Of a stretch of DNA of 63,502 nt, positions 20,037 to 28,123 are shown piece after piece (the stretch's first letter is position 1; each line of letters begins with the position of its first letter). The DNA is from an uncultured Treponemataceae bacterium (GTDB taxonomy: Bacteria; Spirochaetota; Spirochaetia; Treponematales; UBA12059), in assembly GCA_964630305.1 (NCBI GenBank), contig CAZVTR010000006.1:1-63502 (forward strand), written 5' to 3'. The notes below the pieces were generated by a model. The model was not told the origin of the DNA and did no database searches. It saw only the letters and a program-made list of their open reading frames with translations. A program made the translations under genes and the position numbers.

Positions 20037-22354
20037 TATTGTTCCCCTTTCGGAGTGTGTGTGGTAACTGTAGCCGGGCTCACAACTAAATTGTCTAGAT
20101 ATCGCAGAGCTTTTTCGGGAGTCATTGGAAGATCATAGAAGAGTGTCCCTGTTGGGTTAGCGGCATGGAGCGCATCGAGTACAGCAAAATAACCGGCGAT
20201 GCCATACATGAATGGCGGTTCTCCTATGGCCTTCGAATTAGCGACTGTGTGCGGATTTGGTGCATCGATGATTTCAACAATCATCTCTGGCATAAAGTGA
20301 GCGTCAGGAACTTTATATGTAGAGAGCGTGTTTGCCAAAAGCCGGCCATCAGCGCTAAAGCAGAGCTCTTCTAAAGCTGACCAGCCAAGACCCTGTGCAA
20401 ATGCTCCTTCTATCTGCCCAATATCGATATCAGGTGCGATAGAGTTAGCAAGGTCATGAACAATCCATGCTGTATCAAAATGGTATGTGCCTTTGAGCAT
20501 ATCGACTGTTGCAGTAACTATTGCACAGCCGTATACATGATACGCAAATGGTCTGCCGTATTCTTTTTCCATGTCATAAAATAAATCTGGGGTGGCATAA
20601 AAAGCATGTGCGCTTAAATCGATTCTGCTTTCATATGCTTTTTTCACAATATCTTCAAATGAATAGCCTGTATCCTGTCCGGCTTTATCGGATGGTTTAA
20701 CATATACGAGCCTGCAATTAGAAAAATCGAGCTCTGTTTTAATGGTGTGAAGTATCTCTGCTGCAAGCAACAAAAGCCGCTCTTTTATTTGTTCTGCTGC
20801 GAGGCATGCAGCAGCGCCGTTAATATCGGTACCCGTGCTCGCAGCAGTGGGCTGTGTATTAGCAACGGTAGATGTTCTTGTAGTTTCAATTTTAACACGA
20901 GAATCCGGTATGCCTAAACAGCGCGCGGTGAGCAGCGCTATCTTGCGGTTTACTCCCTGTCCCATTTCAACAGCGCCGGTGCTTACGCTTACAGAACCGT
21001 CATGGTATACATGTACCAGTGCACCGCCTTGATTCATCATTAGTTTAGTAAAACTGATACCAAAGCAGATGGGTATACCTGCTGCGCCTTTTTTATAACG
21101 GCGGTTTTTGCTGTTAAACTCGTCAATTGCAGAACGGAGTTCACGCCAGTTTGCTAGCTCCATGCAGCGGGTTACTGTTGCTTCTGCACGTGCATCTTCA
21201 AGCCGCATACCGTAGTGCGTTCGATCATTAGTATGCACAAGATTTTTTAGCCTGAGTTCCATAGGATCCATGTTGAGTGCGTTTGCTGCTGCTTCTAGTG
21301 CGCTTTCTATGACAAAAAATCCCTGCGGACCGCCAAAGCCGCGGAAAGCGGTAAAGGGTACCAGATTTGTTCTGCACATAATGCCAGTTACTTTGACATT
21401 CGGGATGTGATACGCACCGCACGCATGAAACAATGTTCGCGGAATGATTGCTGGAGAAAGATCGGTAGCAGCGCCTGAATTCTGGTAATATACAGCTTCA
21501 AAAGCTCGTATGGTTCCGTCTTTAGAAAGTCCTATAGTAAAATCGCTTGAGTAGGGGTGACGCTTCCCGGTCGCCTGTAAGTCATCGCGCCGGTTAAGAT
21601 AGAGCTTTACGGGCCGTTTTGTTACATAGGCACCGAGCGCTGCAAGTGCTGCCCAGGCATTAGCTTGTTCCTCTTTGCCGCCAAAAGCACCGCCGAGGCG
21701 CCTTGTTTCGATTTCTATTTTATGCATCGGCAGACCGAGAATACGCGCAACAATCTGCTGAACGAGCGAAGGAGATTGTGTGCCTGCAATGATCCTCATG
21801 CCTCCCGAATCTTCCGGAACAGCTATGGCTCCTTGAGTTTCCAGGTAAACATGTTCCTGACCGCCCGAATCTACTCTTCCCGTTATAACAATATCGCAAT
21901 CTGCCAACGCCTGCTGTGTGTCGCCGCATTGCTGAATGCGGGGTTTGAGAATAACCTTACCTTGTGCATATGCCTCACGCGGATCGGTTATTGCGGGAAG
22001 CTCTTTTATATTAGTTATGGTAATTTTACTTAATGCTTTTCGCGCAAGGCTTTTTGTTTCGGCAAGAACAAGCGCCAGTACCTCTCCCTGATAGTGCCAT
22101 TCGTGTTCTGCAAGCAGAGGTTCATCATCCATGACCATGCCAAGTTCATTTTTCCCCGGTACATCCTGTGCGGTAAGTATCCGGACGGAAGGATGCACAG
22201 CGAGTGCTTCTGAGACATCAAGACCTGAATATGTTCCGTGAGCTGTTGGGGATAGAAGCGGCACTGCATGAAGCAGTGTTGATGCTTCCGGAAGATCATC
22301 AATATAGAGTGTAGTGCCAGTTACATGCGGAATACTGTCGGTATTGTAGTTCAT
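20036..22354 (-). CDS. xdhB: Xanthine dehydrogenase molybdopterin-binding subunit (Rhodobacter/Pseudomonas type)
   Basis: 'GGQEHVYLE', 'RRLGGAFGGKE', 'GKRHPY', 'AFRGFGGPQG', 'VEMGQG', 'GQIEGAFAQG', 'SKAIGEPPF'. Confidence 0.93.
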   Translation of the reverse strand: MNYNTDSIPHVTGTTLYIDDLPEASTLLHAVPLLSPTAHGTYSGLDVSEALAVHPSVRILTAQDVPGKNELGMVMDDEPLLAEHEWHYQGEVLALVLAETKSLARKALSKITITNIKELPAITDPREAYAQGKVILKPRIQQCGDTQQALADCDIVITGRVDSGGQEHVYLETQGAIAVPEDSGGMRIIAGTQSPSLVQQIVARILGLPMHKIEIETRRLGGAFGGKEEQANAWAALAALGAYVTKRPVKLYLNRRDDLQATGKRHPYSSDFTIGLSKDGTIRAFEAVYYQNSGAATDLSPAIIPRTLFHACGAYHIPNVKVTGIMCRTNLVPFTAFRGFGGPQGFFVIESALEAAANALNMDPMELRLKNLVHTNDRTHYGMRLEDARAEATVTRCMELANWRELRSAIDEFNSKNRRYKKGAAGIPICFGISFTKLMMNQGGALVHVYHDGSVSVSTGAVEMGQGVNRKIALLTARCLGIPDSRVKIETTRTSTVANTQPTAASTGTDINGAAACLAAEQIKERLLLLAAEILHTIKTELDFSNCRLVYVKPSDKAGQDTGYSFEDIVKKAYESRIDLSAHAFYATPDLFYDMEKEYGRPFAYHVYGCAIVTATVDMLKGTYHFDTAWIVHDLANSIAPDIDIGQIEGAFAQGLGWSALEELCFSADGRLLANTLSTYKVPDAHFMPEMIVEIIDAPNPHTVANSKAIGEPPFMYGIAGYFAVLDALHAANPTGTLFYDLPMTPEKALRYLDNLVVSPATVTTHTPKGEQ

Positions 22355-23754
22355 GGCAGCAATTCCTCCTCAAGTTCAGGCCATAACCGTAGAGCATGCG
22401 CAAGCACCAATCTGAAAACCAAACGTTTACGGTATTCCGAGGTACCTCGTACATCGCTAATTGGCGTCGCACTAGTTTGTGCTTTCTGAGCTAGATGCTG
22501 TACGATCTCAGAAGAAGATTTCTTTCCTATTATAAGAGCAGATGCTTCTTCTAGTAAAAGCGGTACTGGTGCTACTCCTCCAAACGAAAGTCTGGCTTGT
22601 TGTATTGTGCCATCATCAGCTTCTTCTACTGCGAATGCTGAGTTTACCGTGGCAATATCGAGGTGTTCTCGTTTAGATACTTTTTCAAAGCTGATTCTTA
22701 GTGGCTTTGCTGGGATCACAATAGCATCAATTTGCTCATCTGTATTTATTGCTAGTTTTTTATAACTGATAAAAGCTTTCTGGAGCGGCTGAGATCGTTT
22801 TGTGCCGCGACTAGTTTTTATGCTGAGCTCAGCACCCAGAGCAAGAAGCATAACTGTCATATCGGCAATGGGTGAAGCATTGGCAATATTGCCAGCAAGC
22901 GTAGCACGGTTGCGGATAGGGATGCTTGCAATGTATTGTTCATACTGTTCTATGCCCGGGAAAGTTGTTCGTATATGTTCTGAATCAAAGAAGTCGCGAA
23001 TAGTGACAGCAGAACCAATGATGAGCTTTCCATGTTCATGACGTATTTGATGAGCGGGCGGTTCGAGATCGGTGTAGCGCGGAACAAGTTCCTGGTCAGG
23101 ATCCGGGTTTTGCACAAAAAAGTCAGTACCGCCGCCCAGTGTTCTTGTTGTGGGAATAGTTTCCCGTATCGGTTCGGGAATTGAATGCATGGTGTCTGCA
23201 AGAGCGCGGGGAAGTATGCCTTCCTGTGCAAGAAAAGCCAGCCTGGTATGGAAATCGGCGGGCACTTCAGGAAAGGACTGCACCAGTTTAGCTGCAGCTC
23301 TGCGGATACTGCCGTAACCTGTGCACCGGCAGAGGTTCCCGTCGATTGCTGTGATTGCATGGCGGTAATCGATGGGGCCGCCTTCAATAAACAGTGCGGT
23401 GAGTGCTACAACGAAGCCAGGACTGCAAAAACCGCACTGGCTTGCTCCTGTTTCTAAAAATGCCTGCATTACCGGAGTAAGCCCAGCCTCGGCAATGCCT
23501 TCAATGGTGATAATATGTTTACCATCGAGATCGGAAAGTCCAAGCGTGCAAGATGTGACAGCATGATACACGGGTTTACCATCAATGGTTTCTCCCAGTA
23601 TAACCATGCATGCGCCACAATCGCCTTCGCGGCAGCCCTCTTTAGTTCCTTTGAGCTGGGCAGTATTGCGTATCCAATCAAGAGCAGGCTGTTCCCTATC
23701 GAGCGTTATCGTATGCTCTTGTGTGTTCAATCTAAACCGTATTGTTCTGTGCAT
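22351..23754 (-). CDS. xdhA: Xanthine dehydrogenase small subunit (2x[2Fe-2S] + FAD)
   Basis: 'GTKEGCREGDCGAC', 'SQCGFCSPG', 'GNLCRCTGY', 'GGGTD', 'IRNRATLAGNIANASPIAD', 'KVSKREHLDI'. Confidence 0.92.
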   Translation of the reverse strand: MHRTIRFRLNTQEHTITLDREQPALDWIRNTAQLKGTKEGCREGDCGACMVILGETIDGKPVYHAVTSCTLGLSDLDGKHIITIEGIAEAGLTPVMQAFLETGASQCGFCSPGFVVALTALFIEGGPIDYRHAITAIDGNLCRCTGYGSIRRAAAKLVQSFPEVPADFHTRLAFLAQEGILPRALADTMHSIPEPIRETIPTTRTLGGGTDFFVQNPDPDQELVPRYTDLEPPAHQIRHEHGKLIIGSAVTIRDFFDSEHIRTTFPGIEQYEQYIASIPIRNRATLAGNIANASPIADMTVMLLALGAELSIKTSRGTKRSQPLQKAFISYKKLAINTDEQIDAIVIPAKPLRISFEKVSKREHLDIATVNSAFAVEEADDGTIQQARLSFGGVAPVPLLLEEASALIIGKKSSSEIVQHLAQKAQTSATPISDVRGTSEYRKRLVFRLVLAHALRLWPELEEELLP

Positions 23755-23757
23755 ACG

Positions 23758-25497
23758 TTATTCCTCTACAAAAAGATCAACAAGTTTAAACGACTCAACA
23801 TCAACGAGACCTTGATCGGTGAGCTTGAGTGATGGTATTACCGGCAGAGCCATAAACGATAACAGCATAAGCGGGGATACTTTTTGAATTCCCTCTTGTT
23901 CAAAGTATGCAGAAAATCTTTCAAGCGATGCTAATACTTCCGATATGGATTTATCGCTCATAAGCCCAGCAATAGGCAGAGGAAGTTCAGCAATTATGGT
24001 ATCCCGATCGGTGATAACATAGCCGCCTTTCATTGCATTTAATCGTTTTACTGCTTTAAAAATGGAAGTGTCATCGGCTCCTGCAACGATAATGTTATGA
24101 GAATCATGGCTTACGGTTGAACCGATTGCTCCGTGCTTTAAACCAAGCCCGCGGATAAAGCCCTTGCCGATTGATCCAGTGCCTCCGTGTCGTTCTATAA
24201 CAAAAAGCTTTAACAAATCGCGAGCTGGATCTGCAACACACAAACCATTGTCTACCGCAGGTTCCAGTATCGATTTTCCCGTCACGATTGAGCCGGGCAC
24301 AGCTTCGATGACGCGGATTTTTTTACCAATATATGGAATGGCAAACGCCGATTCATCGAGCCACTTAACATTGACAGAGTCTCTAACGCGGGGGAGCGAG
24401 CCAGCAGTGCTAAATAATTCTGTCCATGCTGATGTTTTTTCCCCGTGTTCTGCAATGATTGTTCCTTGCTTAATAACTTTTTTTACGGAAAATGGCTCAT
24501 TGTGGTCAAAAACAATAAAGTTTGCTTTGTAGCCGGGAGCAATAGAGCCGCAGCGCCGCAGTCCAAAGTAGAGCGAAGGATTATGCGCCGCCATTCGCAG
24601 TGCATCTATAAGCGGGATTCCCTTTTCCTGCAGAATTCGGACAGCTGCATCAATGTGGCCCTCTTTGACAATATCATGCGGGTGTCTGTCATCGGTACAG
24701 AGCATCATGCGGTGTACGGTGTCATGGTTCATTGCAGGAATAAGGTGCTCAAGATCACGAGCAGATGATCCAAACCTAGCCATTATCCACATACCTTTTG
24801 ATAACTTTTCCAGCGCTTCTTCTGGCGTTGTGGCCTCGTGGTCACTCCTGATGCCAGAGATGACATACGCTGAAAGTTCTTTGCCAGATAGACCCGGTGA
24901 ATGTCCGTCAATTACTTTGCCATTTTCCCAAAATAGAGAAAGCTTATCACGGAGCTGCAGATCTCCTGAGAGAATTCCTGGATAGTTCATCACTTCGCCC
25001 AAGCCAAGTATGCGAGGCTCCCGTGTGAACGGCGCAAGATCCGATGCATAGAGCGATGCTCCTGCTGTATCAAACGATGTCGCGGGGACACAGCTGGGTG
25101 CCATGAAAAAAATCTCAAGAGGTATCCCCTCAGACGCTTTGAGCATCCAGTGTATGCCGTCATAACCGAGCACATTAGCGATTTCATGCGGATCAGCAAT
25201 AACTGTTAGTGTTCCATGCGGCGTAACCAGGTTGCAAAATTCCCGAGGATGCACCAGGCTTGATTCTATATGAACATGGGCATCGACAAGGCCCGGGCTT
25301 ACACATAAGCCGCCGAGATCAATACATTGTTTTACAGGTAAATTTTCACTGATGCCTACAATATAACCTTTGTATACGGTGATAGAAGCAGGCCCACGTA
25401 TCGTATTAGTAAAAAAATCGGTATAGAAGCAGTTAGTATAGCAAATATCAGAAGATATTTTCCCCAGAGCTGCTTCAATTATTTCATAAGGAAGCAT
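23758..25497 (-). CDS. ade: Adenine deaminase
   Basis: 'DAHVHIESS', 'DPHEIANV', 'LGEVMNYPG', 'DGHSPG', 'SDHEA', 'CTDDRHP', 'SHDSHN', 'LSFMALPVIPSLKLTD'. Confidence 0.95.
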   Translation of the reverse strand: MLPYEIIEAALGKISSDICYTNCFYTDFFTNTIRGPASITVYKGYIVGISENLPVKQCIDLGGLCVSPGLVDAHVHIESSLVHPREFCNLVTPHGTLTVIADPHEIANVLGYDGIHWMLKASEGIPLEIFFMAPSCVPATSFDTAGASLYASDLAPFTREPRILGLGEVMNYPGILSGDLQLRDKLSLFWENGKVIDGHSPGLSGKELSAYVISGIRSDHEATTPEEALEKLSKGMWIMARFGSSARDLEHLIPAMNHDTVHRMMLCTDDRHPHDIVKEGHIDAAVRILQEKGIPLIDALRMAAHNPSLYFGLRRCGSIAPGYKANFIVFDHNEPFSVKKVIKQGTIIAEHGEKTSAWTELFSTAGSLPRVRDSVNVKWLDESAFAIPYIGKKIRVIEAVPGSIVTGKSILEPAVDNGLCVADPARDLLKLFVIERHGGTGSIGKGFIRGLGLKHGAIGSTVSHDSHNIIVAGADDTSIFKAVKRLNAMKGGYVITDRDTIIAELPLPIAGLMSDKSISEVLASLERFSAYFEQEGIQKVSPLMLLSFMALPVIPSLKLTDQGLVDVESFKLVDLFVEE

Positions 25498-25532
25498 ATA
25501 ACCTCGATATTAAGCATTAAGGGGTATCTTCT

Positions 25533-25560
25533 ATTGTAACACATATTCTATGGCTGTCAA
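25533..25560 (-). promoter_or_regulatory. Sigma-70 promoter of the purine operon
   Basis: On the minus strand: TTGACA (25560-25555), 16-nt spacer ending in TGT (extended -10), TACAAT (25538-25533); about 35 nt upstream of the ade ATG with RBS GAGG. Confidence 0.75.
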
Positions 25561-25596
25561 AAGAAAAATGAGCAGCACTAGCTGTATATGTATTGT

Positions 25597-26706
25597 TTAA
25601 ATGTTTTTTCTCATTTTATCAAATTGCTTGCTAATTGTTTGAGCTGCTGCATCAACAAGCAGTTTGAGAGTTTTTAAAATCATGGTCTTTGTTTCACTGT
25701 CAAGATTCTTGAGCGCTTCTCCTGCGGTTTTTGCACGCTGGAACCAGTTGGTAGAGAGTTCTGAGAATGTCGAAACTCCTGTCGCTTCAAGAATAGAGAA
25801 GAGCGCATCAATAAACTTTTCACGTTCTTGCGGTGTGAGCTCTTTAAGCCAATTTTTTATTGTTTTATCGAGAAACTTGCTTGTGTCGGTTATAGTATCT
25901 TTACATACAAAATTTGTTCCAAGTACCAACCATGAATACGGATCGTGCTGAGCAATGCCGCGGTGTATGCTTTCCACAATTGTGTACTGCTCAGCATGTT
26001 CGAGAAGCATACCGATTATTGATGATTGCGGAACAAACGCGAAAAGCCTTTTGTTTAATAATTGGAATTCTGGTTTGACTATGATACTTTCATCAAATCC
26101 TGGCCCGTCATTATTGTAAACTGCTAGAATGCGCCGCTGGACGCTCGGTTTACAAAATGCGCTTGCGTATACTGCAAGGTTGCCACCTTTAGAATGTCCC
26201 CCAGTCCTTAACTTTCCCCATAGCTTTCCTGCAGCGGTTTCAATGTAGCGGCATGCAAGCTGCTGTGCGGGGACAGGTGTCAAAAAGCTCATGTTAAAAT
26301 CTTCTTTCCACCCTGTTAGGCTGGCATCGGTACCGCGAAAGGCAATATAGTGTGTCTTGTCGGTACATGTTATGGTCACAGCAGCAAATTGCGTTTCCTT
26401 GTCTTTGTCGAAATGAGTGCTATAGCCTGATAATCTAAAGGAAGCAAATCGGTTTGTTGATGCGGTTTTTGTAAAGAAATCAATGTGCTGCTGAGTACGT
26501 TCAGATGATACTTTGTCTTGAATTTTCTTTAAATGCAATGCTGCTTCATGGAATGTTATTCCTTTAGCGGTAAACACAGCTGGCACAATAGTTTCAAATG
26601 GAAGGTATGCAATAACGCTGAGAATGAGATTGTCGATAGGATTAAAAGCACTCTGTACCAGTGTAATATCGCCACGCCAGTCAAGGTAATCAAGTATGTT
26701 GGCCAT
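25597..26706 (-). CDS. DUF2974 (Mbeg1-like) alpha/beta hydrolase/lipase
   Basis: 'MANILDYLDWRGD', 'AFRGTDASLTGWKEDFNM', nucleophile motif 'GHSKGGNLA', 'NNDGPGF', 'QHDPYSW'. Confidence 0.88.
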   Translation of the reverse strand: MANILDYLDWRGDITLVQSAFNPIDNLILSVIAYLPFETIVPAVFTAKGITFHEAALHLKKIQDKVSSERTQQHIDFFTKTASTNRFASFRLSGYSTHFDKDKETQFAAVTITCTDKTHYIAFRGTDASLTGWKEDFNMSFLTPVPAQQLACRYIETAAGKLWGKLRTGGHSKGGNLAVYASAFCKPSVQRRILAVYNNDGPGFDESIIVKPEFQLLNKRLFAFVPQSSIIGMLLEHAEQYTIVESIHRGIAQHDPYSWLVLGTNFVCKDTITDTSKFLDKTIKNWLKELTPQEREKFIDALFSILEATGVSTFSELSTNWFQRAKTAGEALKNLDSETKTMILKTLKLLVDAAAQTISKQFDKMRKNI

Positions 26707-26830
26707 AGTAACAGTATAACATATTTTTGAAGGGGTGCTAGGCTCAAAGGTTCTGTTTCGCTCTCAAAGAATCGCTATCTCAAACGACTAACTTATAAGC
26801 GATAGTTGGGAGTCATAGTTATGTAATAAT

Positions 26831-27832
26831 TCATTCTAACACTATAACCCTATTTCTGCCTTCATTTTTTGCCATATATAAAGCCTTATCAACTCTTTCC
26901 AAAAGACTCTCAACGTTATCATCAGTTTTGTAAGCAGTAACTCCAAAACTTGCAGTCTTGTGTTCAATTATTTCAAATAAAAAATTTTCTGTAACTATTC
27001 TTATTTTATTCGCTAAAACTTTAGCTTTTTCAAGCTCTGTTTCTGGACAAAGTATCAAAAACTCTTCCCCGCCCCAGCGGCCACAAATATCCGTATTCCT
27101 TACGTTTTCTGAAATTATGCTTGCAAATTGTAATAAGATTCTGTCTCCCACAAGATGACCAAAAGTATCATTCACTTCTTTAAAATGATCTATGTCTAAC
27201 ATTATAACAGAAAACGGCCTGTTATAACGTTTTGCTCTTTCAAGTTCCGCATAAATTATTTCTTCTATTATACGTCTATTGTAAAGAGAAGTTAATTTAT
27301 CAGTTATCGCAAGTTTATTTAATTCAATATTTAAAGCCTGTAATTCTTCTGTTTTCTCCTTTACCAATCGTTCAAGAACAACATTTCTTTCTTCTATCTC
27401 TTTGAGTGGATATGCTTCATCTTCTCCATGTTCAACTGTTGGTAAAGAAATATGCTTGTGCTCAATTTGCCAATTGTTGTGATTAAAAATCCAGACTGTC
27501 GTGTATCTTAATTTATTTAACCTTACCTCTTCTTTCAATATAAATAATTTTAAATTTAATTCACAGGCTACTATCCCGACATTGTCGAATGGTTTTTGAA
27601 TATGCATGCTTAAAATTTCATAATCTATTGGATCAGGAACCTGAGAAATATCTCTTTCAAATAACGAAATAGATTGTTCTAGATTAAACGAAACTTCATC
27701 CAAACCGGTGCCAAAAATAGAAAAATTAGGACTAAAAAATTTTTTTACTGTTTCAAAATTTCTTTCTTTAAAGTATGCTGTTAGATAGGAAAGAAAAGCT
27801 TGTTTCACATCTTCGGTGTCAAAATCACTCAT
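26831..27832 (-). CDS. Diguanylate cyclase with N-terminal SnoaL/NTF2-like domain
   Basis: 'TDKLTSLYNRR', 'DIDHFKEVNDTFGHLVGD', I-site RxxD (RNTD), 'GRWGGEEF'. The N-terminus has an NTF2-like pattern ending 'WQIEHKHIS', followed by a coiled coil. ATG 27832 follows a GGAG RBS (ORF track uses GTG 27838). Confidence 0.88.
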   Translation of the reverse strand: MSDFDTEDVKQAFLSYLTAYFKERNFETVKKFFSPNFSIFGTGLDEVSFNLEQSISLFERDISQVPDPIDYEILSMHIQKPFDNVGIVACELNLKLFILKEEVRLNKLRYTTVWIFNHNNWQIEHKHISLPTVEHGEDEAYPLKEIEERNVVLERLVKEKTEELQALNIELNKLAITDKLTSLYNRRIIEEIIYAELERAKRYNRPFSVIMLDIDHFKEVNDTFGHLVGDRILLQFASIISENVRNTDICGRWGGEEFLILCPETELEKAKVLANKIRIVTENFLFEIIEHKTASFGVTAYKTDDNVESLLERVDKALYMAKNEGRNRVIVLE

Positions 27833-28029
27833 AAACACTCCAGTGTGAAATATAAGTGCATTCGGTTATATGTCAAGGAAGCGGCCACATAAATCTGGTT
27901 GACAAACAAACAGATTGTCTTCTTATTTGGGATTTGTTTGTATTACCCTATATAACTCTATCCGTCGGATCAGGGTAGGCACAGGGGGTACTATGTATGT
28001 TTATATACCAAAATAATTGCAACTACCTC

Positions 28030-28057
28030 TTGACAGAATAAAAAATCATGCTAGTAT
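28030..28057 (+). promoter_or_regulatory. Sigma-70 promoter of the sugar ABC operon
   Basis: TTGACA (28030-28035), 16 nt, TG-n-TAGTAT (28052-28057). Confidence 0.7.
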
Positions 28058-28071
28058 TGCAGTATACGGTT

Positions 28072-28087
28072 ATTAAACCGGTTAAAT
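28072..28087. promoter_or_regulatory. LacI-family operator
   Basis: Near-palindrome ATTAAACCGGTTAAAT with the central CG typical of LacI/GalR sites, just downstream of the predicted transcription start; a LacI gene is in the same locus. Confidence 0.65.
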
Positions 28088-28123
28088 TGCTGTTCAATAC
28101 AGTATCTCAGTAAGGAGGCATTC

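Noticed and set aside
24783-24791. Perfect DnaA box TTATCCACA
   Set aside because: A single copy inside the ade coding sequence; expected by chance.
26786-26814. Possible second attC downstream of the diguanylate cyclase (CCCAAC-TATCGCTTATAA-GTTAGTC on the minus strand)
   Set aside because: Only about 25 bp, both boxes break consensus and it is separated from the stop codon; too weak to call.
27960-28000. GCACAGGG resembling the start of a c-di-GMP-I riboswitch near the cyclase gene
   Set aside because: The required GCAAA and GAAA tetraloop elements are absent.
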